Origin: Actinobacillus sp.
GTDB taxonomy: Bacteria > Pseudomonadota > Gammaproteobacteria > Enterobacterales > Pasteurellaceae
Length of the DNA: 64,000 bases
Assembly (NCBI GenBank): GCA_041854605.1
Contig: JBHACP010000014.1
Span: 12,845 to 76,844 of the forward strand
Direction of reading: 5' to 3'
This document shows positions 49,905 to 61,955 of this stretch, in pieces. Position 1 is the first letter of the stretch; the number at the start of each line of letters is the position of its first letter. The notes beneath the pieces were generated by a model. It was not told the DNA's origin and did not search any database. It saw only the letters and a list, made by a program, of their open reading frames with translations. The translations under genes were made by a program, and so were the position numbers.

Positions 49905-52900
49905 ATGGCGTACTCATATTCCGAGAAAAAGCGTATTCGTAAGAGCTTTGGTAAACGTACACAAGTTCTGAACGTACCTTATCTATTAACTCTCCAACTT
50001 GATTCTTATGAAAAATTCATTCAGCAAGATTCAGAAGGGCAACAAGGTTTAGAAGCGGCATTCCGTTCTGTATTTCCGATTGTGAGCAACAACGGTGCAA
50101 CAGAATTACAATACGTTTCTTACGAATTGGGCGAGCCTGTTTTTGACGTGCGTGAATGTCAAATCCGTGGCACAACCTATGCTGCCCCATTACGTGTAAA
50201 GCTTCGTTTAGTCACTTTTGACCGTGAAGCCGCAGCTGGCACAGTAAAAGACATCAAAGAACAAAACGTGTATATGGGCGAAATCCCATTGATGACTGAC
50301 AACGGTACCTTTGTGATCAACGGTACTGAGCGTGTAATCGTTTCTCAGTTACATCGTAGCCCAGGTGTGTTCTTTGATTCTGACAAAGGTAAAACCCACT
50401 CATCAGGTAAAGTGCTGTATAACGCACGCATCATTCCTTACCGTGGTTCTTGGTTAGACTTCGAGTTTGACCCGAAAGATAACTTATACGCACGTATCGA
50501 CCGTCGTCGTAAATTACCTTCAACCATTATTCTCCGTGCGTTAGGCTACACCACAGAAGAAATCCTTGCGATGTTCTTTGAGAAAGTGAAATTTGAAATT
50601 TCTGCTGATAATAAACTTCAAATGGAACTAGTGCCAGAGCGTTTACGTGGCGAAACCGCTTTATTTGATATTGAAGCAGACGGCAAAGTGTATGTAGAAA
50701 AAGGTCGTCGTATCACAGCAAAACACACACGTGATTTAGCCAAAGCGGGCGTAACCAAAATTGACGTACCAGTTGAATATATTGTCGGCAAAGTTGCAGC
50801 GAAGGATTATGTTGATCTTTCAACAGGCGAAGTGATTTGCCCTGCGAATATGGAAATCTCGCTGGAGATGTTAGAAAACTTATCGCAAGCTGGTTACAAA
50901 GAGATCGACGTATTATTCACCAACGATTTAGATCATGGTCCTTATATGTCGGAAACCTTGCGAGTGGATCCAACTTATGACCGTTTATCGGCGTTAGTGG
51001 AAATCTACCGTATGATGCGCCCAGGTGAGCCACCAACAAAAGAAGCAGCAGAAGCATTATTCGATAATATGTTCTTCTCAGCAGACCGTTATGACTTGTC
51101 TGCGGTAGGTCGTATGAAGTTCAACCGTTCGTTGAACATTCCAGAGGGCGTAGGTTCGGGCATCCTAAGCAATGATGATATCATTGGTGTAATGAAAAAA
51201 TTGATCGAAATCCGTAACGGTCGTGGCGAAGTGGACGATATTGACCACTTAGGTAACCGTCGTATTCGTTCCGTGGGCGAAATGGCAGAAAACCAATTCC
51301 GTATTGGTTTAGTGCGTGTAGAACGTGCCGTGCGTGAACGCTTATCATTAGGCGATTTAGATGGCGTGACCCCACAAGATTTAATCAATGCCAAACCAAT
51401 TTCTGCGGCAGTGAAAGAGTTCTTCGGCTCATCACAACTTTCGCAATTTATGGACCAAAACAACCCGCTTTCAGAAGTGACTCACAAACGTCGTATTTCG
51501 GCACTTGGTCCAGGTGGTTTAACTCGTGAACGTGCAGGCTTTGAGGTTCGAGACGTACATCCAACGCATTACGGTCGTTTATGTCCAATCGAGACTCCTG
51601 AGGGTCCAAACATTGGTTTGATCAACTCATTATCGGTGTATGCGCGTACCAACAACTACGGTTTCTTGGAAACCCCGTTCCGTAAAGTAGTGAACGGTCA
51701 AGTAACCGAAGACATCGAATATTTATCAGCGATTGAAGAAGGTAACTACATCATCGCACAAGCGAACTCAAACTTAGATGAAAACTTCCGTTTTACCGAT
51801 ACTTATATCACTTGTCGTCAGCAAGGTGAGTCTGGTTTGTATAAACCAGAAGAAGTTCACTATATGGACATCTCAACCCAACAAGTGGTATCGGTAGCAG
51901 CAGCATTGATTCCGTTCCTTGAGCACGACGATGCGAACCGTGCCTTAATGGGTGCGAACATGCAACGTCAGGCAGTTCCAACCTTGCGTGCGGATAAACC
52001 GTTAGTCGGCACGGGTATGGAAAAACCAATCGCTCTTGACTCAGGTGTTGCGGTGGTAGCGAAACGTGGTGGTACAGTTCAATATGTGGACGCATCACGT
52101 ATCGTGGTGAAAGTCAATGAAGACGAAACGATTTCAGGCGAAGCAGGTATCGACATTTACAACTTAATTAAATATACCCGCTCAAACCAAAACACCTGTA
52201 TTAACCAAATTCCTTGTGTAAACTTAGGCGAACCAGTGGCACGTGGTGAGATCTTAGCCGACGGTCCTTCAACCGACTTGGGTGAACTTGCATTAGGTCA
52301 AAACATCCGTGTGGCATTTATGCCTTGGAATGGTTATAACTTCGAAGATTCAATGTTAGTGTCTGAGCGTGTGGTACAAGAAGACCGTTTCACGACAATT
52401 CACATTCAAGAATTATCTTGTGTGGCGCGTGACACTAAATTAGGTGCGGAAGAGATCACGGCTGATATTCCAAACGTGGGCGAATCAGCGTTAAGCAAAC
52501 TTGATGAGTCAGGTATCGTTTACGTAGGAGCGGAAGTAAAAGGTGGCGACATTTTAGTGGGTAAAGTCACGCCAAAAGGCGAAACCCAATTAACTCCTGA
52601 AGAAAAATTACTCCGAGCGATCTTCGGCGAAAAAGCCTCTGATGTGAAAGATTCTTCACTGCGTGTACCAAACGGTACATCAGGTACGGTTATCGACGTG
52701 CAAGTCTTTACTCGTGACGGCGTAGAGAAAGATAAACGTGCGTTAGAAATCGAAGAAATGCAGCTCAAAGAAGCGAAAAAAGACTTAACTGAAGAGTTAG
52801 AGATCTTAGAAGCTGGCTTATTTACTCGTGTTCGCAACCTTTTAATCGAAGGTGGTGTGAAAGAAGCGGATTTAGATAAAGTTGCCCGTGAAAAATGGTT

Positions 52901-53933
52901 AGAGCAAACGTTAGAAGACGAAGCGAAACAAAGCCAATTAGAGCAACTTGCAGAACAACACGAAGAGTTGCGTAAAGAGTTTGAACGTAAACTTGAAATC
53001 AAACGCAATAAGATCATTCAAGGTTCAGACCTAGCACCAGGTGTGTTGAAAGTGGTGAAAGTGTACCTAGCGGTGCGCCGCCAAATTCAACCTGGGGATA
53101 AAATGGCGGGTCGTCACGGTAATAAAGGGGTTATCTCGAAAATTAACCCAGTTGAAGATATGCCGTACGATGAAAATGGTCAGCCAGTGGAAATCGTATT
53201 GAACCCGTTAGGCGTTCCGTCACGTATGAACATCGGTCAGATCTTAGAAACTCACTTAGGTTTAGCTGCGCGTGGTATTGGTGATCAAATCAACGCAATG
53301 ATCAAACAGCAACAATCGGTGGCGAAATTACGTGAATATATCCAAAAAGCGTATGATTTAGGTCACGGTTCACAATCTGTTGATTTAAGCACCTTCAGCG
53401 ATGAAGAAGTAATGCGTTTAGCACAAAATTTACGCAAAGGCTTACCGCTTGCCACACCAGTATTTGACGGTGCACACGAAAGCGAGATCAAAGGCTTACT
53501 CGAACTTGGCGGCTTACCGACATCAGGGCAAATTACCTTATATGATGGGCGTACGGGTGAGAAATTTGAGCGTCCAGTAACCGTAGGTTATATGTATATG
53601 CTCAAATTGAACCACTTAGTTGATGACAAAATGCACGCTCGTTCAACAGGTTCTTATAGTCTTGTTACTCAACAACCGTTGGGTGGTAAAGCGCAGTTCG
53701 GTGGTCAGCGTTTCGGTGAGATGGAGGTATGGGCATTAGAAGCATACGGTGCGGCTTATACATTACAAGAAATGCTTACCGTGAAATCGGATGACGTAAA
53801 CGGTCGTACGAAGATGTATAAAAACATCGTAGATGGTACGCACTATATGGAACCGGGTATTCCAGAGTCATTCAACGTAATCACGAAAGAAATCCGTGCA
53901 TTAGCGATTGATATGGAGCTTGATGAGGCGTAA
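49905..53933 (+). CDS. rpoB: DNA-directed RNA polymerase subunit beta
   Basis: 1342 aa, colinear with E. coli RpoB from [18 protein letters not shown] to the C-terminus. Confidence 0.99.
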   Translation: MAYSYSEKKRIRKSFGKRTQVLNVPYLLTLQLDSYEKFIQQDSEGQQGLEAAFRSVFPIVSNNGATELQYVSYELGEPVFDVRECQIRGTTYAAPLRVKLRLVTFDREAAAGTVKDIKEQNVYMGEIPLMTDNGTFVINGTERVIVSQLHRSPGVFFDSDKGKTHSSGKVLYNARIIPYRGSWLDFEFDPKDNLYARIDRRRKLPSTIILRALGYTTEEILAMFFEKVKFEISADNKLQMELVPERLRGETALFDIEADGKVYVEKGRRITAKHTRDLAKAGVTKIDVPVEYIVGKVAAKDYVDLSTGEVICPANMEISLEMLENLSQAGYKEIDVLFTNDLDHGPYMSETLRVDPTYDRLSALVEIYRMMRPGEPPTKEAAEALFDNMFFSADRYDLSAVGRMKFNRSLNIPEGVGSGILSNDDIIGVMKKLIEIRNGRGEVDDIDHLGNRRIRSVGEMAENQFRIGLVRVERAVRERLSLGDLDGVTPQDLINAKPISAAVKEFFGSSQLSQFMDQNNPLSEVTHKRRISALGPGGLTRERAGFEVRDVHPTHYGRLCPIETPEGPNIGLINSLSVYARTNNYGFLETPFRKVVNGQVTEDIEYLSAIEEGNYIIAQANSNLDENFRFTDTYITCRQQGESGLYKPEEVHYMDISTQQVVSVAAALIPFLEHDDANRALMGANMQRQAVPTLRADKPLVGTGMEKPIALDSGVAVVAKRGGTVQYVDASRIVVKVNEDETISGEAGIDIYNLIKYTRSNQNTCINQIPCVNLGEPVARGEILADGPSTDLGELALGQNIRVAFMPWNGYNFEDSMLVSERVVQEDRFTTIHIQELSCVARDTKLGAEEITADIPNVGESALSKLDESGIVYVGAEVKGGDILVGKVTPKGETQLTPEEKLLRAIFGEKASDVKDSSLRVPNGTSGTVIDVQVFTRDGVEKDKRALEIEEMQLKEAKKDLTEELEILEAGLFTRVRNLLIEGGVKEADLDKVAREKWLEQTLEDEAKQSQLEQLAEQHEELRKEFERKLEIKRNKIIQGSDLAPGVLKVVKVYLAVRRQIQPGDKMAGRHGNKGVISKINPVEDMPYDENGQPVEIVLNPLGVPSRMNIGQILETHLGLAARGIGDQINAMIKQQQSVAKLREYIQKAYDLGHGSQSVDLSTFSDEEVMRLAQNLRKGLPLATPVFDGAHESEIKGLLELGGLPTSGQITLYDGRTGEKFERPVTVGYMYMLKLNHLVDDKMHARSTGSYSLVTQQPLGGKAQFGGQRFGEMEVWALEAYGAAYTLQEMLTVKSDDVNGRTKMYKNIVDGTHYMEPGIPESFNVITKEIRALAIDMELDEA

Positions 53934-53956
53934 TAGTTATTAACGGAGAAAGAAAA

Positions 53957-54073
53957 CTCCCCTCTTTAGCAAAGAGGGGCAGAGGGAGATTTGATTACTA
54001 TGTTAAATTTCCCTGTGAACTCCGTTTTTAGTTCTGCCAAATCTCCCCTAACCCCTCTTTGCTAAAGAGGGGG
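53957..54073. repeat. 117-bp palindromic MITE-like element in the rpoB-rpoC spacer
   Basis: The left end CTCCCCTCTTTAGCAAAGAGGGGCAGAGGGAGATTTG and the right end CAAATCTCCCCTAACCCCTCTTTGCTAAAGAGGGGG are inverted copies of one unit. Each contains its own CCCCTCTTT-N3-AAAGAGGGG hairpin. Confidence 0.8.
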
Positions 54074-54079
54074 ATAGGA

Positions 54080-54124
54080 ACAAGCGGTTAATTTTGCAGA
54101 AAATTTTACAAATCAGACCGCTTG
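54080..54124. repeat. Inverted USS pair in the rpoB-rpoC spacer
   Basis: ACAAGCGGTTAATTTTGCAG...CAAATCAGACCGCTTG. There is no T-run after it. Confidence 0.75.
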
Positions 54125-54191
54125 CAATCGCAACCAAATTCGTAGGGTGTGTGTGAACACGCCAAAAACAACCTCAAACAGGGGCAAAAAC

Positions 54192-57100
54192 GTGAAAGAC
54201 TTAGTTAAGTTTTTAAAAGCACAATCTAAATCAAACGATGATTTTGATGTAATTAAAATTGGTTTAGCATCGCCGGACAAGATCCGTTCTTGGTCTTTCG
54301 GTGAGGTTAAAAAACCAGAAACCATCAACTACCGTACATTTAAACCAGAACGTGATGGTCTTTTCTGTGCACGTATCTTCGGGCCAGTAAAAGATTACGA
54401 ATGTTTATGTGGTAAATATAAACGCTTAAAACACCGTGGTGTCATTTGTGAAAAATGTGGTGTTGAAGTAACCCAAACTAAAGTTCGCCGTGACCGTATG
54501 GGACACATCGAACTTGCTTGCCCTGTGGCACATATTTGGTTCTTAAAATCACTGCCGTCCCGTATCGGTTTGATTTTAGATATGCCATTGCGTGATATTG
54601 AACGTGTGCTTTATTTTGAATCATATGTTGTAACCGAAGCGGGTATGACAGATTTAGAAAAAGGTCAGTTATTAACCGAAGAGCAGTTCTTAGATGCAGA
54701 AGATCGTTGGGGCGATGAGTTTGAAGCGAAAATGGGTGCGGAAGGTATCCAAGCCTTGCTTCGTGATATGGACTTAGAGAAACAATGCGAAATGATGCGT
54801 GAAGAGTTACAAGAAACTAACTCTGAAACTAAACGTAAAAAAATCACGAAACGTTTAAAACTGTTAGAGGCATTCCAACAATCTGGCAACAAACCAGAGT
54901 GGATGGTAATGACTGTGTTACCAGTGCTTCCACCAGATTTACGTCCATTAGTACCACTTGATGGTGGTCGTTTTGCGACTTCAGATCTGAACGATTTATA
55001 TCGTCGTGTGATTAACCGTAACAACCGTTTAAAACGCTTATTAGACTTAGTCGCACCTGACATCATCGTACGTAACGAAAAACGTATGTTACAAGAGTCT
55101 GTGGATGCGTTATTAGATAACGGTCGCCGTGGTCGTGCGATTACCGGTTCTAACAAACGTCCATTAAAATCACTTGCGGATATGATCAAAGGTAAACAAG
55201 GTCGTTTCCGTCAAAACTTATTAGGTAAACGTGTAGACTACTCAGGTCGTTCGGTAATTACCGTAGGTCCATACTTACGTCTTCACCAATGTGGTTTACC
55301 GAAAAAAATGGCATTAGAATTATTCCGTCCATTTATTTACTCTAAATTAGAAAGCCGTGGTATTGCTTCAACCATCAAAGCGGCGAAGAAAATGGTAGAG
55401 CGTGAAGAGCCAATCGTATGGGATATTCTGGCAGAAGTAATCCGAGAACACCCAATCCTGCTTAACCGTGCACCAACGTTGCACCGTTTGGGTATTCAGG
55501 CGTTTGAGCCGATCTTAATCGAAGGTAAAGCAATCCAATTACACCCACTTGTGTGTGCGGCGTTCAATGCGGACTTCGATGGTGACCAAATGGCGGTTCA
55601 CGTACCATTAACGTTAGAAGCACAATTAGAAGCACGTGCGTTAATGATGTCTACCAACAACGTACTTTCACCAGCAAGTGGTGATCCAATTATCGTTCCA
55701 TCACAAGACGTTGTTCTCGGTCTTTATTATATGACCCGTGAGAAAGTGAATGCGAAAGGCGAAGGAATGTACTTCCTTGACCCTCGTGAAGCAGAAAAAG
55801 CATATCGCACAGGTCAAGCAGAATTGCACGCTCGCGTCAAAGTGCGTATTATCGAATACGAGAAAAACGAAGCAGGTGAACTTGAAGCAACCACATCGTT
55901 AGTGGATACCACCATTGGTCGAGCTATCTTATGGATGATTGCACCAAAAGGTATGCCATACAAATTATTTAACCAAACCTTAGGTAAGAAAGCGATTTCA
56001 AAATTGATCAACGAATCTTACCGCCGTTTAGGTTTGAAAGAGTCCGTTATTTTAGCTGACCAAGTAATGTACACCGGTTTCGCATACGCTGCTCGTTCTG
56101 GAGCCTCTGTGGGTATCAACGATATGGTAATCCCAGAGCAAAAACACGAAATTATCCGTGCAGCAGAAGCTGAAGTCGCTGAAATTCAAGAGCAGTTTAA
56201 CTCTGGTCTGGTAACGGCAGGCGAACGCTATAACAAAGTGATCGATATTTGGGCGGCAGCGAACGAACGTGTTGCAAAAGCGATGATGGACAACCTTTCT
56301 ACCGAAGAAGTGATCAACCGTGAAGGTAATCCAGAGAAACAAGCGTCATTCAACAGTATCTTTATGATGGCGGACTCGGGTGCGCGTGGTTCTGCGGCAC
56401 AGATTCGTCAGTTAGCAGGTATGCGTGGTTTGATGGCACGTCCAGACGGCTCGATCATCGAAACCCCAATTACAGCGAACTTCCGTGAAGGCTTGAACGT
56501 TCTTCAGTACTTTATTTCAACCCACGGTGCGCGTAAAGGTCTTGCGGATACGGCGTTAAAAACAGCGAACTCTGGTTACTTGACTCGTCGTTTAGTCGAT
56601 GTGGCACAAGACTTAGTGATCATCGAAGATGACTGTGGCACGGAAGAAGGTATCGTGATGACTCCACATATTGAAGGTGGGGACGAGAAAGTCCCATTGC
56701 GTGAACTTGTATTAGGTCGTGTAGTAGCAGAAGACGTGTTAAAACCAGGTTCAGATGAAGTGTTAATCGCACGTAACACACTGATCGATGAAAAACTTTG
56801 TGATGTGATTGACGAAAACTCAGTCGATAGCATTAAAGTACGCTCAGTGGTAACTTGTAACACCGACTTCGGTGTGTGTGCGAAATGTTACGGTCGTGAT
56901 TTAGCACGTGGTCACTTGATTAACCAAGGTGAAGCAGTCGGCGTTATCGCCGCGCAATCTATCGGTGAACCAGGAACACAGCTCACGATGCGTACGTTCC
57001 ATATCGGTGGTGCGGCATCTGCAGCAGCGAAAGAATCTAGCGTACAAGTGAAAAACAACGGTACGATTAAATTAACCAATGCGAAATACGTTACCAATAA

Positions 57101-58475
57101 AGAAGGCAAATTAGTTTTAACTTCTCGTAATACCGAATTAACGGTGATTGACACCTTCGGTCGTACCAAAGAGAACTATAAACTGCCATATGGTGCGGTG
57201 CTAAGCAAAAACGATGGTGCTGAAGTGGCCGTGGGCGAAGTGGTTGCGAACTGGGATCCACATACTATGCCAGTTATCGCAGAGGTATCAGGTCGTATCC
57301 AATTTAGTGATATCGTGGATGGTTTAACCGTTTCTCGTCAAACTGACGAATTAACCGGTTTATCATCAATCGTGGTGCAAGATGTGGGTGAACGTGCAAC
57401 TGCAGGTAAAGATTTACGTCCAGCATTACGTTTAGTGGATAGCAAAGGTAACGACATCTTAATCCCAGGTACAGACATTGCTGCACAATACTTCTTACCG
57501 GGTAAAGCAATCGTAACATTAGACGACGGTGCGGAAATCGAAGTGGGTGAAGCATTAGCGCGTATTCCACAAGAATCCGTAGGTACTAAGGATATTACGG
57601 GTGGTCTTCCACGCGTGGCAGACTTATTCGAAGCTCGTAAACCGAAAGAGCCAGCTATTCTTGCTGAAATTACAGGTATCGTCTCATTTGGTAAAGAAAC
57701 CAAAGGTAAACGTCGCTTAGTGATTACCCCAGCGGAAGGCGAAGCATACGAAGAAATGATTCCAAAATGGCGTCAGCTCAACGTATTCGAAGGCGAGATG
57801 GTTCAACGTGGCGATGTGATTTCTGATGGTGCGGAAACACCACACGACATCTTACGCTTACGTGGCGTTCACGCCGTAACTGAATACATCGTAAACGAAG
57901 TGCAAGAAGTTTACCGCTTACAAGGAGTAAAAATTAACGACAAGCACATCGAAGTGATCGTACGTCAAATGTTACGTAAAGCGGTAATTACCAACGCTTA
58001 CGACTCTGAATTCTTAGAGGGCGAGCAAGTGGAAGTTGCACGCGTGAAAATCGCTAACCGCAAACGTGTTGCTGAAGGCAAACCGGAAGTGGAATTTGAA
58101 CGTGAATTGCTTGGTATTACCAAAGCATCATTGGCAACTGAGTCATTCATCTCTGCAGCATCGTTCCAAGAAACCACCCGTGTGCTTACCGAAGCAGCCG
58201 TAGCAGGTAAACAAGACGAATTACGTGGCTTAAAAGAGAACGTGATTGTTGGTCGTTTAATCCCGGCAGGTACAGGTTTCGCTTACCACAAAGCCCGCGC
58301 AGAAAAACGTGCAGCAGGCTTACAAGCGGTGAAATTTGAACCGGAAGTTGCAACTCAAAATGCAAACAGCTTCGTAACCGATGCAGATATCGAAGAAGAG
58401 TTCGAATTTGTTGCAGACGACGCAACCCAAAGCCTCGCAGCGTTACTCAACGCTGAAATGGATGCGGAAGAGTAA
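54192..58475 (+). CDS. rpoC: DNA-directed RNA polymerase subunit beta-prime
   Basis: A GTG start at 54192 gives [50 protein letters not shown], colinear with E. coli RpoC (MKDLLKFLKAQTK...). The ORF-track start at 54147 is an extension. Confidence 0.98.
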   Translation: MKDLVKFLKAQSKSNDDFDVIKIGLASPDKIRSWSFGEVKKPETINYRTFKPERDGLFCARIFGPVKDYECLCGKYKRLKHRGVICEKCGVEVTQTKVRRDRMGHIELACPVAHIWFLKSLPSRIGLILDMPLRDIERVLYFESYVVTEAGMTDLEKGQLLTEEQFLDAEDRWGDEFEAKMGAEGIQALLRDMDLEKQCEMMREELQETNSETKRKKITKRLKLLEAFQQSGNKPEWMVMTVLPVLPPDLRPLVPLDGGRFATSDLNDLYRRVINRNNRLKRLLDLVAPDIIVRNEKRMLQESVDALLDNGRRGRAITGSNKRPLKSLADMIKGKQGRFRQNLLGKRVDYSGRSVITVGPYLRLHQCGLPKKMALELFRPFIYSKLESRGIASTIKAAKKMVEREEPIVWDILAEVIREHPILLNRAPTLHRLGIQAFEPILIEGKAIQLHPLVCAAFNADFDGDQMAVHVPLTLEAQLEARALMMSTNNVLSPASGDPIIVPSQDVVLGLYYMTREKVNAKGEGMYFLDPREAEKAYRTGQAELHARVKVRIIEYEKNEAGELEATTSLVDTTIGRAILWMIAPKGMPYKLFNQTLGKKAISKLINESYRRLGLKESVILADQVMYTGFAYAARSGASVGINDMVIPEQKHEIIRAAEAEVAEIQEQFNSGLVTAGERYNKVIDIWAAANERVAKAMMDNLSTEEVINREGNPEKQASFNSIFMMADSGARGSAAQIRQLAGMRGLMARPDGSIIETPITANFREGLNVLQYFISTHGARKGLADTALKTANSGYLTRRLVDVAQDLVIIEDDCGTEEGIVMTPHIEGGDEKVPLRELVLGRVVAEDVLKPGSDEVLIARNTLIDEKLCDVIDENSVDSIKVRSVVTCNTDFGVCAKCYGRDLARGHLINQGEAVGVIAAQSIGEPGTQLTMRTFHIGGAASAAAKESSVQVKNNGTIKLTNAKYVTNKEGKLVLTSRNTELTVIDTFGRTKENYKLPYGAVLSKNDGAEVAVGEVVANWDPHTMPVIAEVSGRIQFSDIVDGLTVSRQTDELTGLSSIVVQDVGERATAGKDLRPALRLVDSKGNDILIPGTDIAAQYFLPGKAIVTLDDGAEIEVGEALARIPQESVGTKDITGGLPRVADLFEARKPKEPAILAEITGIVSFGKETKGKRRLVITPAEGEAYEEMIPKWRQLNVFEGEMVQRGDVISDGAETPHDILRLRGVHAVTEYIVNEVQEVYRLQGVKINDKHIEVIVRQMLRKAVITNAYDSEFLEGEQVEVARVKIANRKRVAEGKPEVEFERELLGITKASLATESFISAASFQETTRVLTEAAVAGKQDELRGLKENVIVGRLIPAGTGFAYHKARAEKRAAGLQAVKFEPEVATQNANSFVTDADIEEEFEFVADDATQSLAALLNAEMDAEE

Positions 58476-58518
58476 AAAGGTAAGGTGGGTTTGCTAGTCC
58501 ACCGTTAGATAGAAAAAA

Positions 58519-58548
58519 GCCCCTAGAACGGAAGTTTTGGGGGTTTTT
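58519..58548 (+). terminator. Probable intrinsic terminator after rpoC
   Basis: GCCCCTAGAAC-GGAA-GTTTTGGGGG stem (with G-U pairs) followed by TTTTT. Confidence 0.55.
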
Positions 58549-58582
58549 AGTATTTATATACATAAAAATTTATTTTTACTTT

Positions 58583-58598
58583 TGAGAAGTAGATCACG
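58583..58598. promoter_or_regulatory. CRP-like site upstream of the yjiH-like operon
   Basis: TGAGAAGTAGATCACG, about 65 nt upstream of the ATG at 58661. Confidence 0.4.
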
Positions 58599-58660
58599 TT
58601 TCTTTCTCAATATCCATTATAAAATCAAACCAGTTATTGTTTTCACTTCAAGGAGTCATT

Positions 58661-59299
58661 ATGGAAGATAATGTTACGACCAAAAAACTTATAGTAGGGA
58701 CGATTTCACTAGCTTGTGCGATAATTTTCTTCGGTGGATTTGCGAAGGATATTGCGGGCGGTATTTTTGATTTTGGTAAATTAACAGGACAATTCCCTGA
58801 ATGGTTAAAGACCTCTGGCGGAAATAGTGCAAAAGGTGGATTTCTATTTGCTTTGACTTTGATTCCAAGCGTCATGTTAGCTCTGGGATTTGTGGCAATT
58901 TTTGAGCATTTTGGTGCGTTAGCCGCGGCCTCAAAATGGATGAGTCCTATCTTAAAACCACTTATGGGTATTCCTGGAAGTTGCTCCATTTCATTGATTG
59001 CGAGTACTCAAAGTACTGATGCTGGTAGTTCGACCACCAAGTTTTTACGCAACGAAGGTAAAATTACGTATAAAGAATTGCTAATTTTTGCTGCTTTCCA
59101 ATTTAGTGCAGGTGCGTTATTAACTAACTTCCTCTCTTCTTTTGCTCCTGTATTGCTGATTGCAGATAAATCAGGTGCAGTTGCTCCAACGTCTATTGCA
59201 ATGTGTCTTGGTGTCATTTTTGTATTTAAAATCTTTGGTGCAAATTTAATGCGTTTATATGTGAAAAAATTTGTGAAAGAAGAGGATACAGAGTTATGA
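58661..59299 (+). CDS. YjiH-like membrane protein (nucleoside-recognition/Gate-domain family)
   Basis: About 212-aa polytopic protein. SD AAGGAG. It overlaps the next gene by 4 nt. This is the pairing seen in E. coli yjiH-yjiG. Confidence 0.65.
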   Translation: MEDNVTTKKLIVGTISLACAIIFFGGFAKDIAGGIFDFGKLTGQFPEWLKTSGGNSAKGGFLFALTLIPSVMLALGFVAIFEHFGALAAASKWMSPILKPLMGIPGSCSISLIASTQSTDAGSSTTKFLRNEGKITYKELLIFAAFQFSAGALLTNFLSSFAPVLLIADKSGAVAPTSIAMCLGVIFVFKIFGANLMRLYVKKFVKEEDTEL

Positions 59300-59754
59300 A
59301 TTCACAAAATAAACTGATTACGGATATTTTTATTGATGGTGCACGTAAAGGATGGGATATTGCCATTCATAGCACTATTCCGAATGTGCTTATGGCTTTT
59401 GTCATTATTTATATTCTTAATGTTTCTGGTTTACTAAAAACGATTGGAGAATGGTTAGGATTTATTATGGCACCGATTGGATTACCTGGCGAAGCTATCG
59501 CGGTATTTCTTGCTGCATTTCTTAGTTGGGGTGGTGCTGCCGGTGTGTTAGTTGCATTAGTTCAGGAAGGGGCATTGAATGCACATCATATTGCTATTTT
59601 ATTGCCTGGTATGGCGTTAGTTGGCTCAACGGTACAGTATATGGGGCGGATACTCGGTGTGTTAGGTGTACCGGGGAAACATTATTTAGTTTTATTTGGC
59701 ATTTGTATTATCAATGCTTATCTTGCTATGTTTGTTATGCAATTTTTAGTGTAA
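59296..59754 (+). CDS. YjiG-like membrane protein (SpmB/nucleoside-recognition family)
   Basis: 152-aa hydrophobic protein, translationally coupled to the preceding gene. Confidence 0.65.
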   Translation: MNSQNKLITDIFIDGARKGWDIAIHSTIPNVLMAFVIIYILNVSGLLKTIGEWLGFIMAPIGLPGEAIAVFLAAFLSWGGAAGVLVALVQEGALNAHHIAILLPGMALVGSTVQYMGRILGVLGVPGKHYLVLFGICIINAYLAMFVMQFLV

Positions 59755-59763
59755 GGAACAGTT

Positions 59764-60888
59764 ATGGAAATTCAAACATTAGATACGTTTTTATCTGAAT
59801 TAAAGGAAATTACCGATATTGAAAGCCCTGCAAATTCTCTTGATGGAGTAAATCAGGTGGCCGAATGGTTTATTCAAAAAGCCGATACATTAGGTTTACA
59901 GCATAAACGCTTGCCTATGACAAGCGAAAAGGTCGCAGAAGGTTTATTGATTAGTAATGATCTTAATGCAGAGCAGTATGATATTCTTTTTATTGCGCAT
60001 ATGGATACTGTTTTCCCTGTTGGCACTAATAAGGATGTCCCTTTTACGATTAGAGATGGCATTGTGAATGCGCTAGGGGCAATTGATGACAAATCTGGTG
60101 CGCTTTTAACATTCTATATTTTGCAAGAATTAGATTTAAGTAAACTAAAAATTGCAGTCTACCTTAACTCACATGAAGAAATCGGATCCTCTTATGCCAA
60201 AGAGAGTATTCGGGAATATGCTCGAAAATCAAAATACTGTTTTGTTATGGAGCCGGCTCGTGAAGATGGTTCAATGGTTGCAACTCGTAAAGGGGTAATT
60301 ACTTATGATATTGAATTTCATGGGGTATCTGCACATGCAGGTAATAATCCGGAGCGAGGGAGATCCGCACTTGTTGAAGCAGCGAATTTTGTCGTCGAGT
60401 TTGCTAAACTCAATGACTACCAAGCAGGGCATACATTTAACTGTGTGATGACAAATGGGGGAACAGCACATAATGTTATTGCGGATTATGCCAAACTTAC
60501 GATAGAAATGCGTTATCGCTTACCGTCATCAACTCAGTATTTTGAAACGCAATTACAACGTGTTTTAGATAATCCACTTGTAGAAGGGGTTAAGGCAACG
60601 AAAACATTAGTCAATGATGAAGCACCAATGATTGATGAAATACACTTACCACGAATTAAAGCGATATTTGATGAAGTCGGAAAAGAAATGCAAACAGAGA
60701 TCAAATGGGTGGATGCCGGTGGATTAAGTGATGGTAATATTGCAGCTTCTGTTGGCTGCCCAACTATTGATGGGCTTGGCCCAACGGGGGGCAATATGCA
60801 TGTCAAAACCGAATATCTCGTTGTAGATTCTATTGTACCTAAATGTAATTTAGTTTTAAAAGTGATTAAAAAACTGTTTACCCTTTAG
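59764..60888 (+). CDS. M20-family metallopeptidase (carboxypeptidase G2-like)
   Basis: Metal-binding motifs AHMDTV, GAIDDKSG, HEEIGS and the dimerisation-domain pattern. 374 aa. Confidence 0.8.
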   Translation: MEIQTLDTFLSELKEITDIESPANSLDGVNQVAEWFIQKADTLGLQHKRLPMTSEKVAEGLLISNDLNAEQYDILFIAHMDTVFPVGTNKDVPFTIRDGIVNALGAIDDKSGALLTFYILQELDLSKLKIAVYLNSHEEIGSSYAKESIREYARKSKYCFVMEPAREDGSMVATRKGVITYDIEFHGVSAHAGNNPERGRSALVEAANFVVEFAKLNDYQAGHTFNCVMTNGGTAHNVIADYAKLTIEMRYRLPSSTQYFETQLQRVLDNPLVEGVKATKTLVNDEAPMIDEIHLPRIKAIFDEVGKEMQTEIKWVDAGGLSDGNIAASVGCPTIDGLGPTGGNMHVKTEYLVVDSIVPKCNLVLKVIKKLFTL

Positions 60889-61130
60889 TTAAAACCTTTA
60901 ATTAATAGGCGGCTAGCTTTGTGAAATAGATTGTAAATCTAGCCGCTTATACTATCTTATTAAAAATACCCCAATCACCATCCACTCAAAAAACTACTAA
61001 AATGCGCAAATTTCTTTTTTACCAATAAATCTTATGTTGAAAAAGCTGTGTTCTCTTTTTGTCTATTACACCTTATAAATGCGGGTCATATCTTACAGAA
61101 AATTTGCAAAATTTGACCACTTATATGTGT

Positions 61131-61535
61131 CTAACTTACCCAATCCTGCCAATTCAATTCTTCAATTCGCTTAAACTCTTTCACATTATGCGTTACTAAA
61201 ACTGCATTTATCGCCAAAGCGTGGCAAGCAATCCATAAGTCATTATTTCCAATTGGCGTACCTTGCTGTTTTAAGATATTTGCCCACTTTCCATAAATTT
61301 CGGCAATTTTCCCTGTTGGGTAAACTACAGAAATGCGCTGAGAGATGCGTTCAATACGTGCTAATGCTTTAGTTGGGTTTTCACTACCATAAGCACCTTT
61401 GAGCAATTCGGCGTAGGTTACAAAACTCATGACCATTTGATCTTGAGGTAAGAGTTTAGCCACACGCTCAGCGACTATAAGCGGTTTATTTTTCATTAAA
61501 TAAATCAAAATATTGGTGTCGAGCATATAGATCAT
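61131..61535 (-). CDS. vapC: PIN-domain toxin VapC
   Basis: MLDTNILIY...(D)...NNDLWIACHALAINAVLVTHNVKEF is a typical VapC. It overlaps the vapB stop by 4 nt. Confidence 0.9.
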   Translation of the reverse strand: MIYMLDTNILIYLMKNKPLIVAERVAKLLPQDQMVMSFVTYAELLKGAYGSENPTKALARIERISQRISVVYPTGKIAEIYGKWANILKQQGTPIGNNDLWIACHALAINAVLVTHNVKEFKRIEELNWQDWVS

Positions 61536-61771
61536 AACTCTTCTCGCTCCTGGGGTGGAGCAATATCTCGGTTTTCTAATGCTTCAATAAAGCTCTCATC
61601 AATATCGTCAAATAATGCAAGAAAGTCTAAATCTGCTTTTGGTTTGAATGGACGCAAAATAATATCGCCATTCTCACCATGTAGAATTTCGACCGTATCA
61701 ACATTTAAACGGAAATTGGCGGGAATGCGTACTGCTTGGCTGTTTCCACTTTTAAATACTTTTGTCATCAT
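61532..61771 (-). CDS. vapB: AbrB/SpoVT-type antitoxin VapB
   Basis: MMTKVFKSGNSQAVRIPANFRL is the SpoVT-AbrB swapped-hairpin motif. The ATG at 61771 lies 6 nt after AGGAG. The ORF-track start at 61831 is an extension. Confidence 0.88.
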   Translation of the reverse strand: MMTKVFKSGNSQAVRIPANFRLNVDTVEILHGENGDIILRPFKPKADLDFLALFDDIDESFIEALENRDIAPPQEREEL

Positions 61772-61955
61772 ATTACACTCCTGTATATACGATTGATTGT
61801 TTGGTAGATACAAAATAACATATTTATTCAAAAAGGCAACTGAATTTTATTTTTCCCTTTGGCTCTAGTAGTAGCAACACAAGCGGTCAAATTTCGCAAA
61901 AAAATTACAAAATTCCACCGCTTGCAGATAAAAAAAGTGCTTTCGCACCTTATCT

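Noticed and set aside
51420-51520. rpoB rifampicin-resistance determining region
   Set aside because: The translation [32 protein letters not shown] retains the residues equivalent to E. coli D516, H526 and S531. Only a conservative Ile-to-Val difference was seen. There is no evidence of a resistance allele.
59526-59798. 90-aa plus-strand ORF overlapping the yjiG-like gene in another frame
   Set aside because: It lies wholly within or overlapping two well-supported, translationally coupled genes, is Cys-rich in composition, and has no SD.
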